Assembly: GCF_009914755.1 (NCBI RefSeq)
Contig: NC_060926.1
Length of the DNA: 64,000 nucleotides
Origin: the human T2T-CHM13v2.0 reference genome, Homo sapiens
Strand: one strand, 5' to 3'
Shown here: piece by piece, positions 12,810 to 27,483 of the stretch
How positions within the stretch are numbered: position 1 is the stretch's first letter
Layout: each line of letters opens with the position of its first letter
Translations under genes and position numbers: made by a program
Notes under the pieces: model-generated
The model's database searches: none
What the model was told of the DNA's origin: nothing
The model's input: the letters and a program-made list of their open reading frames with translations, nothing else

Positions 12810-13200
12810 ATTCAACTCAATTCATTTCAACAAAAGTTTGAGGAATATATATTCTATGCCAGGAATGCAAAACCATGAACCATGAACTAGAGCTCAACGG
12901 CATTACAGTTTGTTATCAGGGATATATATATAAAGAAAAATAATAACATGTAGAATTAAATATAATAACAGAACTACATCCAAGGCATAAAAAAGTGAGC
13001 ATTACCTGATGAGAAAATAGGAGGGAAGAACTCATCTATAGACCAATGGTAATTCTAAACAATAAATAAGAGTTCATCAGATTTATTGGCCATTGGAGAG
13101 GGTAATTTTGAGCAGAGAGAGCAGCATGCCCAAAAGTGCATAGAGGTGAGGATGTCAGAAAACTACAGCATTTTAGTATTGATGGAATGTATGTTTTGAG
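12810..13200 (-). mobile_element. L2 3' fragment
   Basis: attcatttcaacaaa...ctatgccagg and gcagagagagcagcatgcccaaaag, typical of reverse L2. Confidence 0.5.
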
Positions 13201-13663
13201 GAGAAGGGGAGACACTCAACTCTATTGAGCCTTTTCTCAATTTTTGAGGTACCCCACGTTGCCGTGTTCATGTTCTCAGTGTAGATCTTCCCAGAGTCCC
13301 CCATATAACCATGTCATTTTAGGTTGCTAGAAGGAAATAGGCAGAGGGATTGTGCTCAGCAAGATTGTATTTTACAACCATAAGTTTTTCTAATAAACTA
13401 TATTGGAACAAAAATATCTTAATTTAAGACGTATTATAAAAGCAGACCCCAGTGCAATCCGAATCTTGAACTATAAACTTTCTCCAGTAAAAAAATAAAG
13501 GTTTAAAGAAGCCCCTACTCCAGATAAAATCACACCATGAGTTTTTTCCTTCGTCTTGAAACAGCTTGTCTAAATTAACCACTCCTTATGACTTTTCCCA
13601 GAAGCCCCATCTTGGTTCTTGCCTCACTACTAGCCCACCTGGATAGGAAAAATTATAATGTAT

Positions 13664-14285
13664 TGTAAGTGAACAAATACCATGTAAAAATCCTCATGGA
13701 TTACTCTTGACATTTTGAAAACAACACCTCTTAGCACTGTCATCATAATACTGTGTTTTGTAACAGTGGCTATCTAACCTGGAAAGCCATTAAGGAGGTT
13801 GGAACAGATCAACAGCATCCCCAACTTTTTGGTTCCTCTGTTCATCTAATTGGCTTTTTAAGGAAACAGCTCTGCCATGGTAACTGGGAGACCCTGCCTG
13901 TCATCACATAGACCATGTAGGCAATGTTTGACCAAGGTCTGACCCAAGCTTTGGTGAAATGGCCTGAAATTCCTCCTGGGACAACTGTAGACATACTGGT
14001 AAATGGCTGTTGCATGTAGTTTCTCATCCATATCTTATAGGAGATTCCCACAAGACCATTTGTGATCCCTATTCCTAGTCTCAGCAATGTACATCTATCT
14101 TGCTCCTCTTTGAGGGTGCAGCTTCAGGCTTCTGTGTGAGTTTATAAAACTGCTGTGTAAATAATAAACTTTCTGGATTTATTTGGGTTTGTTGCCTCCT
14201 CACTGGCTCAACCTATGGGCATGCGACAAGCAAACCTAGCAGCTGCCATCATGGTGCAGTTTATGGGCTGTTTGATCACTTGACA
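13664..14285 (+). mobile_element. Probable old ERV solo LTR (family not assigned)
   Basis: TGT...TGACA termini, TATAAAA 14143, AATAAA 14163, LTR-like composition; no clear TSD. Confidence 0.4.
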
Positions 14286-14449
14286 GACTTAATAGTTAGT
14301 CCCAAATTTCATCAAAAATATTGCTCCCTTTGTGAGAGAAATTATCTCTGGAGACACAACTTACACTAATTTTCAACTAATATTTATAAAATACCTCTTA
14401 TACAGTGAGCAGTGAGCTTATTAACATTCTAAATCTCATTTAACATGAA

Positions 14450-14657
14450 TAACTAACACGTATTGGACATATGTGCCAGCTACCGTGCCACAATGTATCA
14501 TGGCAATTCCCTTATTAGTCCGGATTGACAGAGGTGGCAGCTGGGATTTGGAGAAGTTAAGTAACCTTCTCACAGTTAGTGCACAGTTAGAATGAGCCAG
14601 AACCCATTTTGGAGTAGACACAATTCAACACCAGTGCTCTTCTTTTTAACTACCACG
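14450..14657 (-). mobile_element. MIR
   Basis: tatgtgccag...gagaagttaagtaacctt...cacagttag core. Confidence 0.6.
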
Positions 14658-15211
14658 TAATTTGGCCTCCACACTATTTAAACATTTTACTAGGAATCTT
14701 ATTATGGTGCATTTTTAAAATGCATCAAGTCATATCAACATATATCATTTATTTAAGACACATATAGAGCTATCCTTAACAAAACTTAAGGAACATGGCA
14801 AAAAGTGATCCTCAGTAATGGATGTCCTGTCTGATCAAGGGTCAACATCAAATATTGATCTATGTTGTCACATATATACTCTGAAGATTGTATATTATTT
14901 GCTGTGTGCTGTTACTTTCAGCTTTTCAAGAATAAAATTCTAAGAAAAGCTTTCCTTTTGAAGTGTATCGATTTCTTACATGTTATGCAGTTAACTTGGC
15001 TGAACTCAAACTCAACTCTCACCTAATTGAAAAAAGTTGGAACCTCTGCTCAGTTGTTTCAGTCTTCCAGCTATGGCATTCGCCTTAAAATCATGATGCA
15101 TATGTAGATTAGACATCAGACAAGGAGGTATGTGGTGTTTATATGCAGCTTTTATGGCTTCACCTTCCAGAGATTTTTCCCTTCAATTTCCGTCCGTATA
15201 GTGAGTCCTAA

Positions 15212-15391
<180 letters not shown>

Positions 15392-16530
15392 TAGGACAGA
15401 AGACAGTGACATCCACTTCAGTTTTTGGTCCTGTACTGCAGGGACTGGAGAATAACCTCAGCAAAAAAACAAACAAACAAACAAAAACGACTAACTGTAT
15501 AAATGTGAGTTTTGTCAAATATAGTGCATTTTTCTCAAGGGCCAGGCTAGTTTCTTATTTTTCAGCCCGTATTTGGTCACTATTCAGTGTCTTACATAGT
15601 TATTCTTTATATTTTATGTTGAGCTTATAATTGTTATCTATAAAAGGCTCACTCTGATAACAGAAAGTCATCCTCTACTAGAATTAATACTATGTGAATA
15701 TATAAAAAGTTTCTTATATACTGCTTGTGAGGTGAATAATTTGATATATGTACATGATTTATATACATACTATTTAGTTATTACTTAATTATGGTAATTA
15801 AATTCTTATCCTTTTTATTTTTGTTACCTGTTTTTTAGATGGAGAATTATGAAATCTATTTTGGTTTTTTTACAGTTCTCTTTTTATTTTTTCTGTCTCT
15901 TTTCTTTTCTTGCTTTGTATAATTTATTGCTATATTACTGAGTGCGTAAAGTTACTTAGTTGTTGTTATACCTGTTCTCATATAACAGTCTTCTTTTTGC
16001 TCACTATATTCTTCTTGAATTTAACCTTAACATTAATGTATTGTACCTTTTAATTTGTTTTTCTACGATTTGCATGGCTTTATATTTTTTACTTAACTTG
16101 TTTGAGAAATAATTATTTCTTGAGAACAAAATACTTTGTAACTTATGAGGATTACATGATGGTGCCAATATGTTGCTTAGCCATTGCTTATGCACTAACA
16201 CTAACAGAAGTGGATATTGCATAACAGCAGGCAATGAAAATTATTTGCTTGAAAATTTTTACTGGGTCAAAGTATTAGATGTTTTTAATTCAAATGTGCT
16301 GATAATAAATCAAATTATAGTATTTTCTCTACATTCCTACTAACAAGTTTATTGTATAGGAATTCAATTACTGTATTTCACATTATAATAAAACTATTGG
16401 ATTCATGTGTTAATGTATGTCTAATTCTTCATGAGTCATTTTGTTTAATGTAATATTTGTTAAAGTGAATATGAATACAGATGCTATGTAGCAGTTTATA
16501 ATTTAGTAATTTTTATAATTCAAAGAGGCA

Positions 16531-19236
16531 GGAGAGTGGCATCACCAAGATGGTGGAGTAGGAGATGCCAGGCTTTACTTCCCTCAACAAAAACATCAAC
16601 TAGCAACTATACTCAGGCCAAAACACCTTGGTGAAAACTCCAAAACGAAAGAATAAACCTCAGTACCTGTATGCTCTACATAACTCAATAAAAGTCCACA
16701 TTGAAAGGGTAGGATAAATAATCTCACTCTGACCATGTTGCTCTGCCCCAAGTTGGAACAGCAACACACGGAGAGAACTCTCCAGGGTCCATGGTTTCTA
16801 CAGTGAAAAAAAGAGAACTGGAGAGGTGGACATCCAGCTACTCTACCATTCTAAGTCACTTCCCAGAAAGCCCACTCCATTCTCACCTCACCAGAAATGG
16901 GGAAGGTAGTGGAAACTGCATGGCTAGACCCCTGTGGCAAGGTAGAAACAAAACGTGGCAGAGTCCACCAAGACCAATGTGTAGATTTTTATGAAAGCTC
17001 AGTGTACTTCTAGCAATGGTACTCAATCAGAGGTAACAGCTAGCAGCAGAGCTGATCAAAGCTCAGCTGCTCACTCTCAGAAGAGATGGAACTGCTACTT
17101 GTCTCGTATTCTTAGGCAGCCACCCTCCAGGCTTAGTCTTAGATCCTATACCAGGGCCCCACCCAGGGAGGAAACATATCTCCACAGCAAATTTTTACAA
17201 GCAGACACTATATCTGCCAGGCCTGGGAATTTTATCAGCACTCCTAGTGGCCTCAAAGCCCACACCCAGAGCCCTTCCAGGGAGAAAGGCAAATCTCAGC
17301 TGTGCATTTCAACTCAGTATAGCAGTTCGTCCATTCATTCTGATCTACTTAACCTCAAGGTCCCTCTTGCAATGCTATCCAACTGCTGAACTCAAATATT
17401 GGTATCTTCTGGCCAGGGAATACACCCTGTGGCCTGGCTGTTTCAGGGGCGATTGCAGTGCTATAAGTAGCTCAGCCTGATAGCAGAGTTCAGCCAGTAG
17501 TCTTGCAAAAGTGCAGAGCCTAGCTAGCTGTCTCACTTGAATTCAGAGCAAAGGCAGCAAGCCATCTATCTAGAAAATCTCAAAGCAAGCTCTACCTGCC
17601 CATGGTCTTTAGCAGGTGGTCTATCCAGGATTTAGGCTAAACTAATTAATGAAGGTCTGTCCCTGCCAAAGAACTCGTGGAAAAGCCAAAAATGATGGCT
17701 ATTTTCACAAAAATGTAAACTCTGATGCAAGGACACAATAATTAAAAAGACTCTGGAAATTATGATATCTCCAAAATGAACTAATGAAGTTCAAACAATG
17801 GACCCTAAAGTAAAAAAGCTCTATGAAATAATGGGAAAAAATGATAACTCTTTTTGAAAGTCCAGCGAAGTAGAAGAATACATGAATAAAATAAAATTAA
17901 ATGGCATTTGGAAAACAATACATACACAAAATAAGAAGCTTAACAAAGAAATGGAAACAATAAATATAATCATATAGAAATCCTACAGATGAAGAATACA
18001 ATGACTGAGCTGAAAAATGCCACAGCTGGATTTGATCAAGCTGAAGAACAAATCAGTGACTTTGAAGACAGATATTTGAAATTACTTAATCAGAGGAGCA
18101 TAAAGAATAAAAAAGAATAAAGAAACCATATGGAAATTATGGGACACCATTAAGAGACCTACCCTGTGCAAATAGGCATTCCAGAAAAAAAAAGTAAGAG
18201 AAAAAGGATGAGAAAGCATATTTAAAGAAATATGTTGGTGTGTAAAATAAACGTTTCTAATATTAGAAAAGAAAAAAATATCCAGGTACATGAGGTAGAG
18301 GTTACCAATTAAATTCAGTTCAAAGAGGCGTTCTCTAAAACATATAATAAACAAGTACCAAAAACCAAAGACAAAGAAAACAATTCTGAGAGCAACAAGA
18401 GAGAAGAAATACCTCACAAAGAAAGGAATCCCATTATGACTATCAGTAGATTTCTCAGCAGAAACCCTGCGGACCTGGAGAGAGTGGGTTGATATATTCA
18501 GTATGCTGAAGGTAAAAACAAACAAAACCTGTCAATCAAGAATACTTTATTCCGAAAAACTATATTTCACAGGAGAAGAAAAAAAAAAAAACCTTTTCCA
18601 GACAAATAAAAGTTAAGGAAGTTAATCACAGCTAGACCTTAGTGATTGTTAAAAGGAGTTATTTAAACATAAACAACAAAAAAACTGTAATTAATAACAT
18701 AAAATATACTAAAGCAGCAAACATAGTGGTTTATATAATATAGAGGAATATTTAGAGTACCCTAGGACTGCAATGGTGGAGTGTAAAATAATTATATCCT
18801 TAGTATGAAGGTTAAAGGAAAAATTATAAATAACAACTAGAGCTAATATCAATTGTCAAGTGATATATATTACAAAATTACATAAATTTAGACACCAAAA
18901 ATATAAAATGAGGTGATAGTAAAAGCATAGAGTTGTTTTATGCAGTCAGAATTAGGCTATTATGTGCTTAAAATAGACTATTATAAGGGTAAGATATTTA
19001 TTAATTTGAACAGGCTTTTCTCAAAAGAAGACCCACAAATGGCCAACTAATATATGCAAAAAGGCCTATCACCAATCATCAGGAAAATGAAAATCAAATA
19101 TAAATATAAATCATCAGGAAAATAAAAATCAAAGCAATATTGAGGTATCATCTTACTGAAGTTAGGATGGTTATTACTGAAAAGACAAAAAATAGTAAAT
19201 ACTAGTGTGGATGTGGAGAAAAGGGAACTCACCCAC
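16531..19236 (+). mobile_element. L1M (L1MA-type) 5'UTR, ORF1 remnant and distal ORF2 fragment
   Basis: caagatggtggag YY1-like start; ORF1-like gactatcagtagatttctcagcagaaaccctgc; ORF2 3' piece at 19010-19230. Confidence 0.8.
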
Positions 19237-19556
19237 TAATAAGGTTTGGCTGTGTCCCCTCTTAAAAATCTCACCTTGAATTGTAGCTCCCATAATTCTC
19301 ACGTGTTGTGGGAGGGACCCACTGGGGGATAATTGAATCGTGGGAGTGCTTTCCCCATACTATTCTGGTGGTAGTGAATAAGTCTCATGAGATCTGATGA
19401 TTTTATAAGGGGTATCCCCTTTTGCATGGCTCTCATTCTTTCTTGTCTGCTGCCATGCATTTTGCCTTCTGCCATGATTGCGAGGCATCCCCAGCCACAT
19501 GGAACTATGAGTCCATTAAACCTCTTTTTCTTTATAAATTACCCAGTCTCTGGTAT
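19237..19556 (+). mobile_element. THE1 (ERVL-MaLR) LTR, 3' end missing
   Basis: ggtttggctgtgtccc...aatctcaccttgaattgtagctcccataat...aaattacccagtctctggtat; terminal ~30 bp absent. Confidence 0.9.
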
Positions 19557-21030
19557 ATTATGGTAATCACAAACAAAAAAGACACATAGACCAATGAAAC
19601 GGAACAGAAAGCACAGAAATAAATCCATTAAACTATTGTCAATTTATCTTTGTCAACAGTTCTGAGAATACAGACCGGAAATGGGATAGTCTCCTAGTAA
19701 ATGTTATTGAGAAAACTGGATATCTATATGCAAAAAAAATTAAATTGGATCTTTATCTCAGTATTAAAAAATCAACTTAAAATGAATTAAAAGCATAATC
19801 ACTAAAGCTTAAAACTGTAAAACTACTAGAAAAAAACAGAGGGAAAACTATACAACATTAGTCTGGGCAATGAATTTTCCGATTTGACACCCATCAGAGC
19901 TGGCAACAAAAGTAAAAATAGATAAATGGGATTACATAACAATAAAAAGTTCTACAGTACAAAAAAAAATAAACAAAATGAATAGAAAACCTGTGGAATT
20001 AAAGAAAGTATTTGCAAGACATACATCTGATAAGGAATTAATATCCAAAATATATAAGGAACTTAATCAACTCTATAGAAATACAACAACCTGATTAAGA
20101 AATAGTGAAAAAACCTGAATAGACATTTCTCAAAGGAAAACATACAATTGGCTAACAGATATATGAAAAAAATGCTCAACAATATTAATCATTTAGGAGG
20201 TACAAATTAAAACCACAATAAGATATTACCTCATACTTGCTAGAATGGCTTCTACCAAAAAGACAAAATATAACAAATGTTGGCAAGGGATGTGTGGAAT
20301 AGGGAACCCTTGTACACTATTGGTAGTAATGTACATTAGTACAGCTATTACGGAAAACTGTGTAAAAGTTCCTTAAAAACTAAAAATATAATTACTTTAT
20401 GGTCCGACAATCCCACTTCTGGGTATTTACTCAAAATATTTGAAACTAGTATATCAAAGAAGCATCTGCATGCCTATGTTCATTGCAGCACTATTCATAA
20501 TGTGTCTCTAAATGGATGAGTGGATAAAGAAAATGTGGCATGTATACACAATGGAATAATAAATTCTGTCATTTATGACAACATGGATGGAATTGAAGAA
20601 CATTATGCTAAATAAAATAAGCCAAACACACAAAGGCAAATATCGTGTTTACTTACTTATATGTAAAATCTAAAATAATTGAACTCATAGAAGAACAGAA
20701 TAGAATGGTGGTTGCCAGAGGCTGGGGGTGGGAGGAATGGATAGATGATAATCAAAGAGTATAAAGCCTTAATTAGATAGGAGAAATAAGTTTGATTTTT
20801 TTTAAAAGATTGATTGCACAATTTGGTGCAATATAGCTAATAATTGAATACTGTACTTTTCAATATTGCTAGAAGAGTAAATCTCACATGTTCTAATCAT
20901 AAGAAATGTCAAATATTAGAGATGGTGGATAAGTTAATCTGCTTGATTTAACATTCCACATTCTATCCAAAAAAAACCCCTTCATTTCGTATCCCATAAA
21001 TATATGCGAGTGTAATTCATCAATATCTAA
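19557..21030 (+). mobile_element. L1MA-type ORF2 3' part and 3'UTR
   Basis: agacacatagaccaatg (ORF2) through gaatggtggttgccagaggctggg and cccataaatatatg 3' end. Confidence 0.85.
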
Positions 21031-21121
21031 CAAAAGATTAGATATTGTTTTGTGAGCTTCCAATATTGCTATTGAGAAGTTCAATAACATTCTGACTTCT
21101 GAGGTTTCATATTTTTCTTTT

Positions 21122-21186
21122 CTGTATCTCTTTCTCTCTCTCTCTCAATCTCTCTCTCTCTCTCTCTAACAAAAGAGAGAGAGAGC
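21122..21186. repeat. (TC)n followed by (GA)n microsatellite
   Basis: tctctctctc...taacaaaa gagagagagag. Confidence 0.8.
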
Positions 21187-21625
21187 ATCTTTATCTCTAA
21201 CAAAAGAGACAAAGATTTCCTTCAGTCTTAAATATTCAGTCTATTTTAGTCCTAACCAGATTATCTTTAAAAATGTATACAAAGTTGAAATCAGACATTG
21301 TAATGAAGCTTTTAATCCATGTTAACTTTCATTAAGTATATTATAAATTCACATTCCTTGACACATGTTTTCCTGAATTAATTTTTAATATTAATTGTCA
21401 AGGCAGAGTTTTAGAATCATAGTAGATGCTAAAGCATTAAATATTAAAACGTACAAGACCAAGAGGGTTATTGAAAAAAAGTGTGATGCAAACAGCAATA
21501 ATCAAAGAGAAAACAGGCAAAAAAAAAAAAAAACTGTCCCCACTATTCCATACAATTCTTTTCTTCATCATTCAATCAAAGTTTCATTATCTCTTACGTT
21601 CCCATCAAAATAATATATTCATTTC

Positions 21626-22097
21626 TGTAGTGGATTGAAAAACAGTCATTTTATTTTACCCACTTTCCATCAGAAGGTGTGGTCTATTCTCTAATCCCTT
21701 GAATCTTGTCTAGGCTTTGACCACCAGAATGTTGTAGGAATCACATTGTGTGCATAACCAAACCTAGTTCTCAAGAGGTCTTGCAGCTTCTGCTTTGACT
21801 ATTTTGAAATTCTGCCTTATAACTGGCATGTAAAAATCCATTCTAGCCTACAGGAGAATCAAGGCTAGAATGGATTTTTACATGTCAGTTATAAGGCCAC
21901 ATCAAGGAAAACAAGACCAGAATCAACTTCTAAATCAGTTAGTGAGGTTACCTTAAACATTCCATCCCAGCTGTCCTTGCAGTGACAGTCAATCATGCAA
22001 AAGAACTATACAGCCACCCCACAGATTTGTGAGGAATAATAAATTATTGTTTTAGGCCTCTAAATTTTGAGGTGGTCTGTTACACAACAATATACAA
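21626..22097 (+). mobile_element. MLT1 (ERVL-MaLR) solo LTR
   Basis: tcccttgaatc...ctcaagaggtcttgcagcttctgc...aataaattattgttttaggcc...ttttgaggtggtctgttacacaacaata. Confidence 0.75.
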
Positions 22098-22814
22098 TGT
22101 AGAATTTTTAAGGAATAGGTAACACCCTGGTGATATTTCATTTTTTTATCCTATCTATTTGTACTTTTGACTTGTTTGTACTTGAAAGATTGTACTTTTG
22201 AGTACAAACAGATAGAATTAAAAAAACAAGATAGTACTTCTACTAATGCAAAACTTATTTGTATACTAAAATGAAACTCTACACAGGGCTCAGTTCACTG
22301 ACGTTTCTTAGTTGAGTGATGCAAATTAGTAATGACTGAGTAATAATCAACAGTAGATGTCCAACTCTGTGTATGTACTTTCAGTTTGAGTCTTGCTGAT
22401 AGAAAACTTTCTACTTCCTTCTTCAAGAAACATAAAAGTTGAGGCAGAGTCAAGATGGCCAACTAGAAGCAGCTGCAATTGGAGGCTCCCACCAAGAAGA
22501 ACCAAAACAGCATAGGAATCCTGCGCCAGCAACCGTGGTATCCAGGTTCTATCATCAACTAGGCAGTTGGCGTGATCCACAAGGGGCAAGGAAAAGCAAG
22601 GTGGTGCATTGGCCCACCTGACAGCCACATGGGGAAGGTGAGCCCCCACCCCCAGTCAAGGGAGGTGGTGAGTGAGTGTGCTACACAACCTGAGGAACCA
22701 TGCTTTTACCACAGAATTGTGCAACTCACAGATCAGAAGATCCCATGCCACCAGGGCTTTTGATCCAACCACAGAGCTGCACAGATTCTCAACATCCACT
22801 TGGCTGGAATCTGG

Positions 22815-23152
22815 TAAGACTACTGAGTTCCTGGGGAGAGGGGTGGCCATCATCACTGCTGCTGCCTGCTGTCTAAGCCGTCTGAGCTGCCTGAGGGAGG
22901 GGCAGCAGCCATGACTGTGGCTGCCTAAGACAACAGAGCTCCCCGAGGGAGGAGCAGCTGTCATTACTGTGGCTGCCATCTGTCTAAGGCTTCTGAGCTC
23001 CCTGGAAGAGGGACGGCAGCCTTCACTGTGGCTGCCAGCTGCCTAAGAAAACTGAGCTCCCTGGGGGAGGGATAGCAGCCATCACTGCGACTGCTAGCTA
23101 CATAAGACAGTAAGCTCCCAGGAGAAAGGGAGGCAGTCATCACTACAGCTCC
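22815..23152 (+). repeat. ~59-bp tandem array (6 units) in the L1 5'UTR
   Basis: Units start TAAG at 22815, 22874, 22926, 22985, 23044 and 23103; shared gagctccc...gaggg...cactgtggctgcc. Confidence 0.9.
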
Positions 23153-26100
23153 AGGCCATGTTTTTCCCCTGCTGGAGCCAAGGAGGCTAAACAGCTTGGT
23201 CCCAACAGGTATTCTTCTCCACAGCATAGCACACCAGCATTGGCAGACCATGGTCAGACTGCCTCTATAGGTTGGACTCTGACCCATCCCTCCTACTGGG
23301 AGGAGCCTCCCTGCAGGAACTCCAACAACTCCAGCCAGGGGCTCAGGGACAGAACTCTGACCTCCCTGGGCTTAAACCCCCAGTGGGAGGGGTGGCCATA
23401 GTCCCCACGTATGCACAGACTTAGTCTTTCCTCCTGTTAGCTCTGAGGAATCCGGGCAGCCTAGATGAGTGGGTTTCCTCCCAGCACAGCACACGCCCTC
23501 AACCAAGAGTCAGCCAAAGTACTTCATTAAATGGGTCCTGGTTATCTTGCCCCCTAACTCGAGAGACCTCCCAACAGAGTTCACCAGACACCCTATACAG
23601 AAGCATTCCTATTGGCATCAGATCAGTGCCCCTCAATGCCAGAGATCCCAGAGGAAGGAGCAGGCGCCCATCTTTGCTGCTTTCCAGCCTCCTCTGGTGA
23701 TATCTCCAGATGTGGGAGCAACCCAGATGAACAGAGTCTGAAATGAACACCCCAGAAAACTGTAGTAACCCTACAGAAGAGAGACCTGGCTATTGAAAGA
23801 AAAATCAACAAACAGAGAGCAACAATAACACCATCAACGAAAACGTCCCCACAAAACCTCATCCAAGGGTCAGCAGCCTCAAAGATTGAAACTAGACAAA
23901 CTCATGAAGATGAGAAAGAATCAACAAAAATCACTGAAAACCAAAAGGCCAGAGCGTCCCTTCTCCTCTCAATAATCTCAACACCTCTTCAGCAGGAGCA
24001 CAGAACTGGATGGAGGATGAGATGGAAAAATTGACAGAAGTAGGCTTCAGAAGGTGAGTAATAACAAACTTAAAGCTGACTTAAAGGAGCATGTTCTAAC
24101 CCAATGCGAAGAAGCTAAGAACCAAGACAAAAGGTTACAGGAGCTGCTAACTAGACTAACCAGTTTAGAGAAGAACATAAAGTACCTGATGGAGCTGAAA
24201 AACATAGCACGAGAACTTCTTGAAGCAAAAACAAGTATCAATAGCTGAATCGACCGAGTGGAAGAAAGAATATCAGAGCTTGAAGACTATCTTGCTGAAA
24301 TAAGGCAGGCAGACAAGATTACAGAAAGAAATGAAAAGGAATGAAAAAAACCTCTGAGAACTATGGGACTATATAAAAAACCAAAGCTATAAGTGATTGG
24401 AGTACCTGAAAGAGGCAGGGAGAATGGAACTAAGTTGGAAAACACACTTCAGGATTTCATCCAGAACTTCCCCAACCTAGCAAGACAGGCCAACATTGAA
24501 ATTCAGGAAATACAGAGAACTACAGTAAGATACTCCACAAGAAGATCAACCTCAAGACACATAATCATCAGAGTCTCCAAGGTCGACATGAAGGAAAAAA
24601 TGGTAAGAGCATTCAGAGAGACAGGCCAGGTCATCTACAAAGGGAAGCCCATCAAACTAAGAGTGAAACACTCAGCATAAACACTCCAAGCCAGAGGAGA
24701 GTGGGGGCAAATATTCAACATCCTTAAATAAAAGAATTTTCAACCCAGAATTTCATATATGGCCAAACTAAACTTCATAAACGAAGAAGAAATAAAATCC
24801 TTCTTAGGTAAGCAAATGCTGAGGGAATTCGGCACCACCAAGCCTGCCTTGCAAGAGCTCCTGAAGAAAGTACCAAATATGGAAAGGAAAAACCAGTGCC
24901 AGCCACTGCAAAAACACACTGAAATATAAAGACCAATGACACTATGAAGAAAATACATCAACTAGTGTGCAAAATAATCAGCTAACATCATCATGACTGA
25001 ATCAAATTCATACATAACAATATTAACCTTAAGTGTAAATGGGCTATATGCCCCAATTAAAAGACATGGACTGGAAAATTGGATAAAGAGTCAATACCCA
25101 GCAGTGTGCTATATTCAAGAGACCCATCTCACACGCAAAGACACACATAGGCTCAAAATAAAGGGATGGAGGAAAATTTACCAAGCAAATGGAAAGCAGA
25201 AAAAAGTAGGGGTTGCAATCCTAGTCTCAGACAAAACAGATTTTAAACCAACAAAGATCAAAAAAGACAAAGAAGATGATTACATAATGGTAAAGAGATA
25301 ATTCAACAAGAAGAGCTAACTATTGTTAAATATATATGCACCCAATATAGGAGCACCCAGATTCATAAAGCAAGTTCTTAGAGATCTACAAAGAGATTTA
25401 TACTCTCACACAATAATAGTAAGAGATTTTAACACCCAACTGTCAATATTAGATAGAACATTGAGACAGGAAATTAACAATGATATTCAGGACTTGAACT
25501 CTACTCTGGATCCAGTAGACCTGATAGATATCTACAGAACTCCCCACCCAAACAACAGAATACACATTCTTCTCAGTGCCACATGGCACTTACTCTAAAG
25601 TCAATCACATAATTGGAAGTAAAACGCTCCTCAGCAAAAATGCAAAAGAATGGAAATCATAACAAACAGTCTCTCAGGCCACAGTGCAATTGAATTAGAA
25701 CTCGAAATTAAGAAACTCACTCAAAACCACACAACTACCTGCAAATTTAACAACCTGCTCCTGAATGACTCCTGGGTAAATAATGAAATTAAGGCAGAAA
25801 TTAAAAAGTTCTTTGAAACCAATGAGAAGAAAGAGACAATGTACCAGAATGTCTAGGATGCAGATAAAGCATTGTTAAGAGGGAAATTTTTAACACTAAA
25901 TGTCCACATCACGAAACTACAAAGATCTCCAATCAACACCTTAACATCACAACTAAAAGAACTAGAGGAACAAGAGCAAATACATCTAAAAGCTAGCAGA
26001 AGACAAGAAATAACTAAGATTAGAGTGGAACTGAAGGCGATACAGATACTAGAAATCCTTCAAAAAATCAATGAATCCTGGAGGAGTTTTTTTGAAAAAA

Positions 26101-27483
26101 TTAACGGGATAGACCAGTATCTAGACTAATAAAGAAGAAAAGAGAGAAGAATCAAATAGGCACAATTATCACCACTGACCCCACACAAATACAAACCACC
26201 ATAAGAAAATACTATAAACACCTCTATGCAAATAAACTTGAAAATCTAGAAGAAACAGATAAATTCCGGGACACATACATGCTCCCAAGACTAAACCGAA
26301 AGAGATCGCATCCTTGAATAGACCAATAACAACTTCCGAAGTTGGGGCAGTAATAAATAGTGTATGAACCAAAAACAGCCCAGGATCAGACAGATTCACA
26401 GCCAAATTCTACCAGAGGTACAAAGAAGAGCTGGTACCATTCCTTCTGAAATTATTCCAACACTTGAAAAGGAAGGACTTCTCCCTAACTCATTTTATGA
26501 GGTCAGCATCATCCTGATAACCAAAACCTGGCAGAAACACAATGAAAAGAGAAAACTTCAAGCCAATATCCCTGTTGAACATTGATACAAAAATTCTCAA
26601 TACAATACTGGCAAACCAAATCCAGCAGCCCATCAAAAACGTATCCACCATAATCAAGTCTGCTTCATCTCTGCGATGCAAGGCTGGTTCAACATACACA
26701 AAACAATAAACATAATCCATCATGTAAACAGAACCAATGAGAGAAACCACATGATTATCTCAATAGATGTAGAAAAGACCTTTGATAAATTCAACGTCCC
26801 TTCATGTTAAAAATTCTCAATAAACTAGATATTGATGGAACATATTTAAAAATAGTAAGGGCTATTTATGACAAATTCACAGCAAATACCATACTGAATG
26901 GGCAAAAGCTGGAAGCATTCTCTTTGAAAACCAGCACAAGACAAGGATCCCTCCTCTTACCACTGCTATTCAACATAGTATTGGAAGTTCTGGCCAGGGG
27001 AATGGGGCAAGAGAAAGAAATAAAAGTATTCAAATAAGAAGGGAGGAAGTCAAATTGTCTCTGTTTGCAGATGACATGATCTGATATCTAGAAAACCCCA
27101 TCATCTGAGCCCAAAATCTCCTCAAGCTGATAAGTAACTTCAGCAAAGTCTCAGCATACAAAATCAATGTGCCAAAATTAGAAGGATTCCTGTACACCAA
27201 CAATAGACAAGCAGAGAGCCAAATCATGAATAAACTTCCATTCATTATGGCAAGAAAGAGAATGAAATACCTAGGAATACAACTAATAAGGGATGTGAAG
27301 GACCTCTTCAAGGAGAACTACAAACTGCTCAGGAAAATAAGAGAGGACAAAAACAAATGGAAAAACATTCCATCCTCATGGATGGGAAGAATCAATATCG
27401 TGAAAATGGCCATACTGCCCAAAGTAATGTATAGATTCAATGCTATTCTCATCAAACTACCATTGACATTCTTCACAGAATTA

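Noticed and set aside
22815-23152. Regular array as CRISPR-like
   Set aside because: No unique spacers or cas genes; contiguous units inside a eukaryotic L1 5'UTR
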